A stretch of DNA of 64,000 bases from Desulfatiglandales bacterium (GTDB lineage Bacteria > Desulfobacterota > DSM-4660 > Desulfatiglandales > Desulfatiglandaceae): assembly GCA_963662465.1 (NCBI GenBank), contig OY759599.1:3584001-3648000 (forward strand). Reading direction: 5' to 3'. Both the position numbers and the translations under genes were made by a program. Below, piece by piece: positions 27,999-39,105 of this stretch (positions are counted from its first letter, which is position 1; every line of letters starts with the position of its first letter). The notes under the pieces were generated by a model. That model was not told where the DNA came from. It made no database searches and saw nothing but the letters and a program-made list of their open reading frames with translations.

Positions 27999-29372
27999 TT
28001 GGAAAAAAATTTTTATCTGGTTCCTGAATTGAACCGGATGTCCCAGGAAGAAATCCGTCGATATCAGGAGAAAAAACTCACCCGCCAACTGGCATACTGC
28101 TATAAGGCCTCGGAATTCTACCGGCGGAAGTTCGACGACATCGGCGCAAAGCCCGAAGACATTAAAACCATTGAAGATTTGCGCAAACTGCCCATTTTCA
28201 TGCTCAAGGACGATGAAAGAAAAAGCGCCGAGGATTCCCTGAAACAACAGGGGCACCCCTTCGGTCTTCATCTTTGCGCGCCGGTGGAGGATCTCTACCT
28301 CACCGGCACCACCTCCGGCACCACGGGAACTCCCACCTTCAGCTACACCTTTACGGAAAAGGACATCAATTTCGTGGGGCGTCATCTGGGCCACAGGCTG
28401 TCGCTTGCGGGCATCGGCAAGGGAGACCGGGTGGTCTTCTTTTTTGCCCTGGGCATTTACGCCACTACCATGACCCTTTGGGGACTCAGGCATCTGGGGG
28501 CACTTCCCATTGATATCGACGCCAGGGCCGGGACCGATTTACTGCTCCAATTCATTGAACTGACCCGTCCCACCTATTTGGCCTGCACCCCGTCCCTGGC
28601 GGAGTTTCTGGTTTACAAATCGCCCAAAGTCTTAAACAAGTCGGTGGGTGAATTCGGTCTCAAGGGACTGCTGACGACGGGAGAAGTGGGCATTGCCTTA
28701 CCTGAAATCAAAAACCGCCTTGAAACCGCCTATGGGTGCCGGGCCTGGGACTATTGGGCGCCCTGCGGCAACTGCATGGGCATTTCCTGCGACTCGGATG
28801 AATATTACGGCCTTCATGGGGTATCCCCCGATGTCTGCACCAGTTATGACGATCTGGTGGATCCCATTACCAAGGAACCGGTGGATTCCGATGTGGACGG
28901 GGCCGTGGGAGAAATGGTCATCACGAGCCTGGAACGGGAAGCCGCTCCAGCCATCAAATATGCCTACGGCGACGTGGTGGAGATTTCCACCAAAGAATGC
29001 CCGGCCTGCGGGTTCAAAGGGAAACGAGCCCGGCTCATTGGCCGGGCCGACGACATGCTGATTGTCAAGGGGGTCAATGTCTATCCCGTGGCGGTCAAGG
29101 ACATTATCTGCGGCTTTGCGCCGGCGGTCACGGGAGAGATGCGGGTGGTATTAACGGAAAAACCCCCTCGGGTAACACCGCCCCTGCACCTGAAAATTGA
29201 ACACGGCAACCATATCGGCCAATCCGACCTGCCGGATCTCGAAAAAAGAATCATCAACGCCCTTCATGATAAAATAAAGATCAGACCTCAAATTCAATTT
29301 GTGGCACCCGGGGAACTCCCCAGAGAAACGCGCAAAACACCCATCTTTGAAAAGCAATACGAGCATCGGTAA
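27999..29372 (+). CDS. Phenylacetate-CoA ligase-like acyl-CoA synthetase
   Basis: TSGTTGTP, GRADDMLIVKGVNVYP. Confidence 0.9.
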   Translation: MEKNFYLVPELNRMSQEEIRRYQEKKLTRQLAYCYKASEFYRRKFDDIGAKPEDIKTIEDLRKLPIFMLKDDERKSAEDSLKQQGHPFGLHLCAPVEDLYLTGTTSGTTGTPTFSYTFTEKDINFVGRHLGHRLSLAGIGKGDRVVFFFALGIYATTMTLWGLRHLGALPIDIDARAGTDLLLQFIELTRPTYLACTPSLAEFLVYKSPKVLNKSVGEFGLKGLLTTGEVGIALPEIKNRLETAYGCRAWDYWAPCGNCMGISCDSDEYYGLHGVSPDVCTSYDDLVDPITKEPVDSDVDGAVGEMVITSLEREAAPAIKYAYGDVVEISTKECPACGFKGKRARLIGRADDMLIVKGVNVYPVAVKDIICGFAPAVTGEMRVVLTEKPPRVTPPLHLKIEHGNHIGQSDLPDLEKRIINALHDKIKIRPQIQFVAPGELPRETRKTPIFEKQYEHR

Positions 29373-29509
29373 TAGGTAACGGCTCTTTTTATATGGCGAT
29401 TTTCATGGTCTCAAAGTGTTTACCCCAATCCGGAAAGGAGGTGAAAGTTCAAACAGCGACCGATTCAGAAACGATTTGAAACATCACCCGAAAACAAAGG
29501 AGAAACCGC

Positions 29510-30577
29510 ATGAAAACCAGATCCTTATTCTTCAAAATGATCCTGCCAATGGCTTGTTTGGGGCTGGCTTTTTTACTGCCCGGCGCGGCAGCGGCCAAGA
29601 AGGCCCCGAAACTGTTGAGCTGCACCACCTATTCAGTGGGCTCAACGGGCTATGCCACATCCATGGGGCTCATGGAAGCCATCAAGAAAAACGAGGGCAT
29701 CAAAGTCAAGGTGGTGCCCGCGGGAACCGACAAAAGCAAGATCATGCCCCTTAAAAACGGAATGATGCAATTGAGCCTGTTCACCGGCGCCGGTCAATAC
29801 TATGCCCTCATGGGCCTGGGCGACTTTGCCGCCAAGGACTGGGGCCCCCAGCCCCTGCGTCTGGTGTATGGTTGCCCCGAAGGATCCATCGCGGGCATGA
29901 TGGTTCGGGAAGATTCCGGCATCAAGACTTTGTCCGACCTCAAGGGAAAGAAAGTCGCCATGATCCCGGCAAGCCCCGCCTGCAAGGCCCTGCATGAAGG
30001 GTATCTAGCCTTTGGGGGACTGGGCCCGGACGATGTAACGGTGGTTCCCGTTTCCAGTTGGGGGGCGGCATGGAAAGCGGTGATCGATGGTTCGGCGGAC
30101 ACGGCCCATTGCCTGGTGGCATCGAGCAAGGCCGTTGAACTGGCCGCATCTCCCCATGGCATCCACTGGCTCCCGGCGCCTCCCGAAGACAAGGAAGGCT
30201 GGGCCAAACTGAATTCATTCTGTCCCTACCTGCGTCCATACAATGCCGTCAAAGGGGCCGGCGTATCACCTGAAAAACCCGCTCAAGTGGCGTCCTATTA
30301 CTATGGGCTCGTCGCCTACCCGGACCTGGACGAAGAAGTGGTTTACAAACTGACCAAGGGCATATGGAACGGCTATGATATTTACAGCCCCATGCACCCA
30401 TCCCTCAAACTATGGACCCGGAAAGGCGCCCTCGAAACAGACCGTTTTCTGAGCCCCTATCATCCCGGCGCCGTGAAGTTTTTCAAGGAAGTGGGCGTAT
30501 GGACCCCGGCCCATGAAAAACGACAAGCCGAACTGCTGGCCGGGGAGCAGGAAAGAATCAAGAAGTTCAATAAATGA
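29510..30577 (+). CDS. TAXI-family TRAP solute receptor
   Basis: Signal peptide, DLKGKKVA, PYHPGAVKFFKE. Confidence 0.88.
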   Translation: MKTRSLFFKMILPMACLGLAFLLPGAAAAKKAPKLLSCTTYSVGSTGYATSMGLMEAIKKNEGIKVKVVPAGTDKSKIMPLKNGMMQLSLFTGAGQYYALMGLGDFAAKDWGPQPLRLVYGCPEGSIAGMMVREDSGIKTLSDLKGKKVAMIPASPACKALHEGYLAFGGLGPDDVTVVPVSSWGAAWKAVIDGSADTAHCLVASSKAVELAASPHGIHWLPAPPEDKEGWAKLNSFCPYLRPYNAVKGAGVSPEKPAQVASYYYGLVAYPDLDEEVVYKLTKGIWNGYDIYSPMHPSLKLWTRKGALETDRFLSPYHPGAVKFFKEVGVWTPAHEKRQAELLAGEQERIKKFNK

Positions 30578-30608
30578 CGGCATCGGTTCAGGGAGGGGAA
30601 AAATAAAC

Positions 30609-32561
30609 ATGGCCAAAACGGATAATCTCAAACCATCCTCCGATAGATATCGGACGCTTACAGGGCCCCTGCGATGGATCTTCATCCTGTTTTCACTTGC
30701 GGGGATTCTTGTGGCGATCTACCAGTTGTTTCATTTCAGTTTTCTGGGCGTCATGGTGGGGGATGCATATTATTACCTTTTGATCACCCTGTTTCTTCCC
30801 CTCCTTTTTCTCATTTCACCCATAAAGAAAAGCCTGAACCGTCAAAAGGTGCCCTGGTACGACCTTTTGTTTGCTCTGTTGAGCTTCATGGGTCCTCTGT
30901 ATCTTTTTCTACATTCATACCAAATCATCCAGAACGGCTGGGAGATCGTTCCGCCCATTGAGGCCTATGTCCTGGGCGTCCTCCTCATGATGATGGTCCT
31001 GGAGGGGGCCCGCCGGGCCGGGGGCTCAGGCTTTGCGCTCATCTGCCTCTTTTTTGTGACCTACGCCCTCTATGCCGAACATATGCCGGGGCTCCTTGAG
31101 GGGTACGGATGCGACCTCAGGCGACTGGTAGGCTTTTTCACCATGGGCACGGAAGGGGTCACCGGACTCCCCATGAAAGTGGTGGGGAATATCCTCATCG
31201 GATACATGGTCTTTGCCGTGGCGCTTCAAGCCACGGGAGGCGGCAAATTTTTCATGGATCTGGCAACCTCCCTTCTGGGAACCTACCGGGGCGGACCCGC
31301 AAAGATGTCCATCGTGGCCAGCGCATTCTTCGGAAGCATCAGCGGCAGCTCCATCTCCAATGTGCTGACCACGGGGGCGCTGACCATCCCCACCATGAAG
31401 CGCACGGGCTATCCGCCCCACTACGCCGGCGCCATTGAAGCGGCCGCCTCCACCGGCGGCGTTCTCATGCCCCCCATCATGGGGGTCACGGCCTTTGTCA
31501 TGGCGGAATTTCTGGCCGTCCCCTATTCCACCATCTGCATTGCGGCCGTCGTTCCATCGTTTCTCTATTTTAGCGGGCTGTTTCTACAGATCGACGCCTA
31601 TGCCGCCAAGGCGGGTTTGAAGGGGCTCCCCAAATCGGAACTGCCATCCGCTAAGAAGACCCTGGCGGCGGGCTGGTTCTATATCGTGGGCATGGCCTTT
31701 CTGGTCTATGCATTATTGTACCTGCACTGGGAAACCCTGGCGCCCTTCTGGGCCAGTCTCCTCTTGCTCGTGACCTGCAACATTCGAAAGGAAACTCGGC
31801 TCAACTGGGCTAAATTCGTCAATTTTATTGAATCCACGGGAAAAGTATTGACCGAACTGGTGACGCTGCTCTGCGCCATCGGCAGCATTATCGGCGCCCT
31901 GTCCCTCACGGGCGTTGCCCATTCCTTTTCCAGCGACATCATCGCCCTGGCCGGCGGGAATATCGCACTCTTGTTGATTCTAGGGGCCTTTACCAGTTTT
32001 ATTCTGGGAATGGGCATGACCATCACCGCCTGTTATGTGTTTCTGGCCCTCATCCTGGCCCCGGCCCTGGTCAAGAGCGGTCTTTATCCCCTGTCCGTAC
32101 ACCTGTTTATCATGTACTGGGGCATGGCTTCCTACATTACCCCTCCCGTGGCCCTATCGGCCTTTGCGGGCGCGGGGCTTGCCGGGGCCGACCCCATGAA
32201 AACGGCCTTCAAAGCCATGCAATTCGGGTTCGTCAAGTATTTCATCCCCTTTTTCTTTGTTTTGAACCCCGCCATTCTCCTTCACGGATCCGCCTGGAAT
32301 ATTCTGACAAGCTTCATCCTGGTCTGCTGTTCCGTAATCTGCATCAGCTACTCCCTTGAAGGGTACGTACCCAAATACGGGCTTGCGCCCCGATGGATGC
32401 GGGTGGCCCTGTTTGCCGGTGGGATGTGCCTGGGGCTCCCCTGGTGGAATATCAGATCCGTGGGGGGAATCCTGGCCCTGGTGGTGTTGATTTTCGGCTT
32501 TGGTTTTCACAAAGGCAAAAGCCCCATCACTGAAATCGTAAAAAAACCCATGATGGGTTAA
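30609..32561 (+). CDS. TRAP fused permease (4TM/12TM)
   Basis: GGPAKMSIVAS, AASTGGVLMPPIMG, ITPPVAL. Confidence 0.92.
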   Translation: MAKTDNLKPSSDRYRTLTGPLRWIFILFSLAGILVAIYQLFHFSFLGVMVGDAYYYLLITLFLPLLFLISPIKKSLNRQKVPWYDLLFALLSFMGPLYLFLHSYQIIQNGWEIVPPIEAYVLGVLLMMMVLEGARRAGGSGFALICLFFVTYALYAEHMPGLLEGYGCDLRRLVGFFTMGTEGVTGLPMKVVGNILIGYMVFAVALQATGGGKFFMDLATSLLGTYRGGPAKMSIVASAFFGSISGSSISNVLTTGALTIPTMKRTGYPPHYAGAIEAAASTGGVLMPPIMGVTAFVMAEFLAVPYSTICIAAVVPSFLYFSGLFLQIDAYAAKAGLKGLPKSELPSAKKTLAAGWFYIVGMAFLVYALLYLHWETLAPFWASLLLLVTCNIRKETRLNWAKFVNFIESTGKVLTELVTLLCAIGSIIGALSLTGVAHSFSSDIIALAGGNIALLLILGAFTSFILGMGMTITACYVFLALILAPALVKSGLYPLSVHLFIMYWGMASYITPPVALSAFAGAGLAGADPMKTAFKAMQFGFVKYFIPFFFVLNPAILLHGSAWNILTSFILVCCSVICISYSLEGYVPKYGLAPRWMRVALFAGGMCLGLPWWNIRSVGGILALVVLIFGFGFHKGKSPITEIVKKPMMG

Positions 32562-32575
32562 GGACGCTTTAAAAA

Positions 32576-34123
32576 ATGGACCTTGACAAGACCCTTCAGC
32601 AACTGGACATAAAGCGGCAAAAAGCCCTTCAAATGGGAGGCGAAGATCGGATTCGAAAGCAACATGCCAAGGGGAAGCTTTCGGCCAGGGAACGCATCCG
32701 TAAACTGCTGGATGGGGGATCCTTTTTTGAAATGGGTCTGTTGGCCCATTCGGCAATGCCGGGCATGGCGGATCAGACCCCGGCGGACGGCGTGATCTGC
32801 GGATACGGGACCATAGGGGGCAGGCGGGTGGCGATCATTGCCAATGATTTTACCGTCCTGGCCTCAACCAATGCCGAGACAAACCTGAAAAAAACGCTCC
32901 AATTCAAAACCCAGATCAAAAAAAAGGGCGGCATGCCCCTCATCTGGCTGGGGGAGTCCGGCGGCGCGCGAATGCCCGACTGCCAGGGGGCAAGAGAGTT
33001 CTGCACCCTTTCCGGCGGCGGCATGGACACCCTGGCGCCGGCTTACACCCATCTTCGAACACACCCCTTCATCTTTGCCGCCATGGGGGAATGCTACGGC
33101 ATTCCTGATTTTCAGGCGGCCCTGGCCGATTTTGTGATTCAGGTGAAGGGGAGCGTTCTTTCCGTGTCAGGTCCTCGGGCCCTGGCCAGGGCCGTGGGGC
33201 AGACGCACTCCGGCGAAGAGATGGGGGGCTGGAAAGTCCACTCCCGAATCACCGGCATGACGGACCGGGTGGTGGAAAACGAGGAGGAATGTTTTCATAT
33301 GATCCGGACCTTTCTGGATTATATACCCGACAACCGCGATGAACTTCCCCCATCACGGCCGATCCCCGAACCACCCCAAAATCCCGCGGCCCGAATTCTC
33401 GATCATTTTACCGCCAATCGAAAAAAACCCTACGACATGCACCCGATTCTGGAGTGTCTTTCGGACGGGGAAAAATACCTGGAACTGAAACCCGAATACG
33501 GCGCCATGCTCCTGACCGCTCTATCGCGAATTCAAGGAGAGGTGGTGGGCTTTATCGCCAACAACCCAGCCATCAACGCAGGCGCCATGGACGTGAACGG
33601 TTTGGACAAACTGACGGGATTCATCTGCTTATGCGATTCGTTCAACATTCCCATGATCTTTCTTCACGATACCCCCGGACATTTGGTGGGAAAAGCGGCG
33701 GAGCAAAAAAAGGTAGGCGCCAAGGTGGTCCAAGCCCAACAGGCCCTGTTTCAAGCCACCGTTCCCAAAATCAGCATCATCATTCGCAAAAGTTATGGAA
33801 AGGCCTGCACCAACATGTGCGGACCGGGCGCGGGGTATGATTTTATCGCCGCATGGCCCACCGCGGAGATCGGTTTCATGGATCCGGAGATTGCCGCAGA
33901 CATTGTTTACGGTAATTTTTCCGAACAGGAGCGCAACACTTCCCTTCTAAAAATGATCGGGGATCTTTCCCCCTACCCGGCGGCAGGGTCCTACCATATT
34001 CAGGATATCATTGATCCCAAAGAGACCAGGGCCTATCTGATCAATGCCCTTGGGGTAATACGGGACTGGAAAAACAAAGGGATGGGTCAACATCATCTCG
34101 CCAACTGGCCTACGAAGTTCTAA
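32576..34123 (+). CDS. Acyl-CoA carboxyltransferase/decarboxylase subunit 1
   Basis: GKLSARERI, DGVICGYG, ESGGARM, CDSFNIP. Confidence 0.9.
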   Translation: MDLDKTLQQLDIKRQKALQMGGEDRIRKQHAKGKLSARERIRKLLDGGSFFEMGLLAHSAMPGMADQTPADGVICGYGTIGGRRVAIIANDFTVLASTNAETNLKKTLQFKTQIKKKGGMPLIWLGESGGARMPDCQGAREFCTLSGGGMDTLAPAYTHLRTHPFIFAAMGECYGIPDFQAALADFVIQVKGSVLSVSGPRALARAVGQTHSGEEMGGWKVHSRITGMTDRVVENEEECFHMIRTFLDYIPDNRDELPPSRPIPEPPQNPAARILDHFTANRKKPYDMHPILECLSDGEKYLELKPEYGAMLLTALSRIQGEVVGFIANNPAINAGAMDVNGLDKLTGFICLCDSFNIPMIFLHDTPGHLVGKAAEQKKVGAKVVQAQQALFQATVPKISIIIRKSYGKACTNMCGPGAGYDFIAAWPTAEIGFMDPEIAADIVYGNFSEQERNTSLLKMIGDLSPYPAAGSYHIQDIIDPKETRAYLINALGVIRDWKNKGMGQHHLANWPTKF

Positions 34124-34142
34124 TACGGAGACGCAAAACAAT

Positions 34143-35705
34143 ATGTGGAAAAATGAGCTGGACGAACTGAAAAAAAGAAAAAAAATCGCCTATGGACTGG
34201 GGGGTGAAAAAAATATCGCCAAACAACATGCCCACGGGAAAATGACCGTTCGGGAACGAATCAACGTTCTGTGCGACGACGAAACCTTTCTCGAAAGGGG
34301 CATTCTGGCGGGGGCCCCCACGTACGATGACCATGACCCGAACAAGCTAAAAAGTTTGACGCCCTGCCCTTTTGTCATGGGCATCGGAAAGATTGACAGC
34401 AGACGGGTTGCCATTCACGGCGACGACTTCACCGTCAAAGGGGCGTCCGTGGGAAGGATGTACAAGGCCAAGGGCGCCTATTTTGTGAAGATGGCTCGCT
34501 CCATGAGGCTGCCCATGGTACGATTGGTGGAAGGGGCCGGGGGATCCATCAAGGAGATCCTGGAGATCGGCCACACCGAACTACCCAGCTCCGGGGATGA
34601 GTGCGCCCAGGATCGGGTGGAGGTCATGTCCGAAATACCGGTGGTGGCAGCCGGTTTTGGGTCCGTGGCGGGGCTTGGGGCCCTTTACATGGTGCAAAGC
34701 CATTTTTCCGTGATGGTTCAAAACATGTGCCATGTGTTTGTGGGTGGGCCGCCCCTGGTAAAATCCGCTTTCGGAGAAGAATTCACCAAGGAAGAGCTGG
34801 GGGGCTACAAGCTGCATACGCGCCTCACGGGCGTCATTGACAATGACGCGGTGGATGAACAGGACGCCCTTGATCAGATAAAACGGTTTTTGTCCTATAT
34901 GCCTTCCAATGTGTGGGAAATACCCCAACGGCAGAAAGCGGATCAGGACGACCCGGAACGTCGGGAAGAAGATCTCATTAACATCATCCCCCGGGACAAC
35001 CGAAAACCCTACGACGTGCGACGGATGTTGAATCTGGTGTTGGACAGGGATTCCATCTTCGAAATCGGAAAATACCAGGGCCGTCCCCAAATTACAGCGC
35101 TAGCCCGCCTGAACGGCTACCCCGTGGGAGTGCTGTCCAATGACCCTATTTTTCTAGGGGGGTCCTTCAACTATGATGTGGCGGAAAAATTTCAACGGTT
35201 TATCGACATGTGCGACACCTTTCATATTCCCATTGTCAACTTTTCCGACCAACCGGGTTTCACCATCGGACTACAGAGCGAACTCCACGGCACCATCCGA
35301 AAGGGGGTCAGGGCCAGTTTTGCCATCATACAGGCCACAGTCCCCATTGCTGTCATTTACCTACGCAAATGCTTTGGCGTGGCGGGGGGCGCCCAAAAAA
35401 GCGGCCTGCGATTGAGCTGGCGGTATGCCTGGCCTTCGGCGGTGTGGGGAAATATTCCCGTTGAAGGGGGTGTTTACGCAGCCCATCGAAAAGAGATTGA
35501 GCAAGCGGAAGATCCGGACTATCTTGAGAAACTGCAGGAAACCTACCGGGGTGTGGCATCGCCGTTTAAGACCGCCGAGGCATTCGGCATCGAGGATATT
35601 ATCGATCCAAGGGACACCAGGTCCCTTCTATGCGAGTGGGTGGAAATGGCCTACGACGTGGAAAAAAACAACCTGGGGCCCAAGAAACGGGGGATGCGGT
35701 GTTAA
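34143..35705 (+). CDS. Acyl-CoA carboxyltransferase/decarboxylase subunit 2
   Basis: GKMTVRERI, DDFTVKG, GGPPLVK, CDTFHIP, IIDPRDTR. Confidence 0.9.
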   Translation: MWKNELDELKKRKKIAYGLGGEKNIAKQHAHGKMTVRERINVLCDDETFLERGILAGAPTYDDHDPNKLKSLTPCPFVMGIGKIDSRRVAIHGDDFTVKGASVGRMYKAKGAYFVKMARSMRLPMVRLVEGAGGSIKEILEIGHTELPSSGDECAQDRVEVMSEIPVVAAGFGSVAGLGALYMVQSHFSVMVQNMCHVFVGGPPLVKSAFGEEFTKEELGGYKLHTRLTGVIDNDAVDEQDALDQIKRFLSYMPSNVWEIPQRQKADQDDPERREEDLINIIPRDNRKPYDVRRMLNLVLDRDSIFEIGKYQGRPQITALARLNGYPVGVLSNDPIFLGGSFNYDVAEKFQRFIDMCDTFHIPIVNFSDQPGFTIGLQSELHGTIRKGVRASFAIIQATVPIAVIYLRKCFGVAGGAQKSGLRLSWRYAWPSAVWGNIPVEGGVYAAHRKEIEQAEDPDYLEKLQETYRGVASPFKTAEAFGIEDIIDPRDTRSLLCEWVEMAYDVEKNNLGPKKRGMRC

Positions 35706-35924
35706 AGCGCAATCGCATAAACCCAATCCGGATGATTTGTTTGTCGCGTCTTTATTTCTCTTGACCCAAAACCGGAATTTCAATACAGTCTTTAATCAAA
35801 AGGCAGCTTTTTATCAGATCGTCTTCCTAAATGGCGCTTATGTCACCATCGTAACCCCAACCTAAAACCACAATTGGGGAGGAATTGGTATGAAAATTTC
35901 CAAGTGGCTCTCGGGAACTAAAAC

Positions 35925-36230
35925 ACTGGGGCATATTCATAGGACCCCACGAACAATCCAGACAACCCTGCATGAACAGATCCCGATTCGGCGGTTACGG
36001 AATCTGAAGCAAGGCAAAAGCATCAGAGGAACAAGGGATGTTGAGCGGTTGGGATCCACTGATTGGGATCGCCGTATTTCCAACACCGCCCAAAAACGGA
36101 CATCCCGGAAACATCGCTAGAAAACGATCTTTTGCTAAGGAGATAAACCACTTCAGCATTGCTGCCCTGGGCGTCGCGCGCCCAGTAGAACAATTCCGGA
36201 CCATACCAGGCCGGAAGCTCCCAGGCGACA
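35925..36230 (-). ncRNA. Candidate structured non-coding RNA (unassigned)
   Basis: Multiple nested inverted repeats in an intergenic region; internal mismatches become G-U pairs on the minus strand. Confidence 0.35.
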
Positions 36231-36274
36231 TGTAGAAAGTCAATGGTTTTTCGTAGATTGCTCACAATAGAACG

Positions 36275-38116
36275 TCATCGGTTCATGCGGCGCATCTGCC
36301 TTTCAATGACGTCAATGACCTCATCTTTTTTGATGGGTTTGGTCACATAATCATCCATGCCGCTTTCTATGCATTTCCGACGGTATCCTTTCATGGCGTG
36401 GGCCGTCATGGCCACAATGGGTAAATGGTCGAAACCCGCGGCCCGGATGGCCGCCGTCGCTTCAAAACCATCCATTACCGGCATTTGAATATCCATAAAA
36501 ACAAGATCGAAATCCTTTGGCCTTTTCCGCAATGTATTGACCGCCTCTTGTCCATCGGAGGCAATATCCACTTTAAACCCGGCCTTGGTGAGCATCATTT
36601 TGACCAGTTTCTGGTTGACCTTGTTGTCTTCCGCAATCAATATCCGCACGGGGCTTACGCTCGGGTCGCCATCCTCAACGAGCAGTTGCTTAGCGGCTGG
36701 GAAATCAGAGGGATATCGGTTGACCTCCTTTTCCTCGGCCTTAAAAAACCATGCCGTAAAATGAAATGTACTCCCTTCGGAAACTTTGCTTTCAGCCCAG
36801 ACATCTCCTCCCATCATATTGGATATCCGTTTGCAGATGGACAATCCCAGGCCCGTCCCCCCGTATTTTCGCGTGGTGGATCCGTCCGCCTGATGAAAGG
36901 GCTCAAAAATGGTTTCCAGTTTTTCAGCGGGTATGCCGATGCCCGTATCCCGAATGGACGCATGGATCAGAACCCGTTCAGATGTTTCCTGATCCACACA
37001 AAGTTGCAAGGCGATCTCACCGGAATCCGTGAATTTGGGGGCATTCCCCATGAGGTTGACCAACACCTGGCGAAATCGCATCTCATCCCCTTTTACGCGG
37101 GAGTACATGTTCTCCGAAATGTTGCAAACCATTTTCACGGGCTTATGGCCGATACGCGGCCGAATCAGGTCACACACCTCATGAGCCGTCAGTTCCGGTG
37201 AAAAAACAATCTCTTCCAAATCGAATTCACCGGCTTCAATCTTGGAAAAATCCAGGATATCATTGATGAGCGTCAGCAGTGATTGGCCGCTGCGTTTAAT
37301 GGTCCCCACAAAATCTTTCTGGGTGTCATCCAAACGGGTTTCCACCAGCATGTCGGTAAAACCGATCACGGCGTTCATGGGCGTCCGAATTTCATGGCTC
37401 ATATTGGCCAGAAACTGACTCTTGGCCTGGTTGGCCTCATCGGCCCGGGTTGCGAGTTCATTGGCATGCCGGATGGCATTGCTCAACTCTTTGTTGATGC
37501 GAACGATATCTTCGGTACGCGCCAGGACCAGGTCATCCAGATGGTCCCGGTGGCATTTTAATTCTTCAGCCGTCCGTTCTTTTTCCGCAATCTCAACTTT
37601 GAGGGCTTCATTGCGCTCTTGAATTTGCCGGGCCAACTCCTCATTGCGCTCGTACACCCATGAAAACCGCCTGATGAGATTATTTTTTTCGTCCAAATGA
37701 CCACTTTTCTCGTCGAGTTCCAGGGTCAGTTCATCAATTTTTTGGAAAATTAGGGACAGGGCGTGACACCACGGTTCCCAGGTCCGGGGCAGTTTGTGAA
37801 CTTGGGGAAATTGATCGCCCCGGCTCCGTGCAACGAGGTAACTGATAAAATATTCCGAGGGAAAAATAAACCGCGTGACCACCAGATGCGCGACCGCGCC
37901 CAGGATAACCGCCAGGCCCATCAACAGGAGGACTGTCCCCATCGCCCCGCCGAGCCACGGGGATGGGGCCGGCATTGTCAGAATCAGGAACCCCAGGACC
38001 GCGAATACAAAGACGATGATCCCCAAAAACAACCGCTGATCCTTCCTGAGGAAATGCAGAACCGAGCCCATGCGCTTAAGGGGAGTGGGTAATATATGGG
38101 TTTTACGATCATTCAT
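36275..38116 (-). CDS. Membrane hybrid sensor histidine kinase
   Basis: Two TM helices, [22 protein letters not shown]-terminal receiver VFMDIQMP. Confidence 0.95.
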   Translation of the reverse strand: MNDRKTHILPTPLKRMGSVLHFLRKDQRLFLGIIVFVFAVLGFLILTMPAPSPWLGGAMGTVLLLMGLAVILGAVAHLVVTRFIFPSEYFISYLVARSRGDQFPQVHKLPRTWEPWCHALSLIFQKIDELTLELDEKSGHLDEKNNLIRRFSWVYERNEELARQIQERNEALKVEIAEKERTAEELKCHRDHLDDLVLARTEDIVRINKELSNAIRHANELATRADEANQAKSQFLANMSHEIRTPMNAVIGFTDMLVETRLDDTQKDFVGTIKRSGQSLLTLINDILDFSKIEAGEFDLEEIVFSPELTAHEVCDLIRPRIGHKPVKMVCNISENMYSRVKGDEMRFRQVLVNLMGNAPKFTDSGEIALQLCVDQETSERVLIHASIRDTGIGIPAEKLETIFEPFHQADGSTTRKYGGTGLGLSICKRISNMMGGDVWAESKVSEGSTFHFTAWFFKAEEKEVNRYPSDFPAAKQLLVEDGDPSVSPVRILIAEDNKVNQKLVKMMLTKAGFKVDIASDGQEAVNTLRKRPKDFDLVFMDIQMPVMDGFEATAAIRAAGFDHLPIVAMTAHAMKGYRRKCIESGMDDYVTKPIKKDEVIDVIERQMRRMNR

Positions 38117-38118
38117 AC

Positions 38119-38850
38119 TCAGGCATCGTCAGGAGAATCAACGGACTGGAAATGAAACTGGAGTTTGGTGGAACCAATCTCAATCACGTCGAATTCGTTC
38201 AACACGACCTCCTCTTTCACTGCCTGGTAATTCACCTTCGGTCTGGTAAATCCTTCGGACGGCGCCAATCGGAATTCCTCACCAACCCGGCGGATGACAG
38301 CAGCGGTTTTGCCGGCAAAAAAACCTTTGATCTGAATATGGTTTTCAGGCGCTTTTCCGATTTTGATGGGGAATGTTGTCATCGGGAAACTGCGATTGGA
38401 GCCATCCATATAAGACAGGACGGCGATGGTCTGTTTGGGGTGGCCATCATCGGCCAGATGAGAAACGCTGCGGGCCAGTTTGGATCGATGCTGCAGGGTA
38501 TCCAGGGTCATGGTCCTGCATGCGCTGAAAATTTCGGTATCCGAGGGAATGGTCTCTCCCTCTTCATAGGAAAATTCCAGAACATGTTCACCCACAGTGA
38601 TGATATCTCCCTGGGTGAGAACCCGGGAGATGATGAATTCGTCGTTGATAAAGGTGCCGTTTCGGCTCTGCTGGTCCGTAATATAAAAAAGGCCGCCTTC
38701 GGCTTCTATCTCGGCGTGATGTCTGGAAACAGCCGGATCATCAATTACCAGGTCATTATTCGGCAACTTTCCGATGGACAGGGGTTTACCCTTGTCAAAG
38801 GAAACGCGCTCTATAATCGATGCTCCTGATTTCAGTGTTAGTAACGGCAT
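38119..38850 (-). CDS. Double FHA-domain protein
   Basis: SIGK...VSRHHA...SRNGTFIN, plus a second degenerate FHA; start probably MPLLTLK. Confidence 0.88.
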   Translation of the reverse strand: MPLLTLKSGASIIERVSFDKGKPLSIGKLPNNDLVIDDPAVSRHHAEIEAEGGLFYITDQQSRNGTFINDEFIISRVLTQGDIITVGEHVLEFSYEEGETIPSDTEIFSACRTMTLDTLQHRSKLARSVSHLADDGHPKQTIAVLSYMDGSNRSFPMTTFPIKIGKAPENHIQIKGFFAGKTAAVIRRVGEEFRLAPSEGFTRPKVNYQAVKEEVVLNEFDVIEIGSTKLQFHFQSVDSPDDA

Positions 38851-39105
38851 TGCGCCCCCTCCCAATCCGATAAAATCCAACCGGCCCCCGATTGCATATC
38901 CGATAGCGGCACTATATCGGAAATTTCCGACGCTGTCGATGGTTTCCATAAATGGTCGATTTCTTTTTTATGAGAATTTTTTCGTTTTACCGTTTAAGTT
39001 ATAAGATTAAAGTGATAGATATCACAATAAATGATCAATCCCGCCGGACAAGGCTTCAGGCGGGACTAAACCGTAAAATGCAATACTCAAAACATTGGAA
39101 AAAAA

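Noticed and set aside
35890..36265. Small ORFs, or tmRNA/RNase P/SRP/6S identity
   Set aside because: The ORFs lack motifs and the signature sequences of these RNAs were not seen; kept only as an unassigned candidate.
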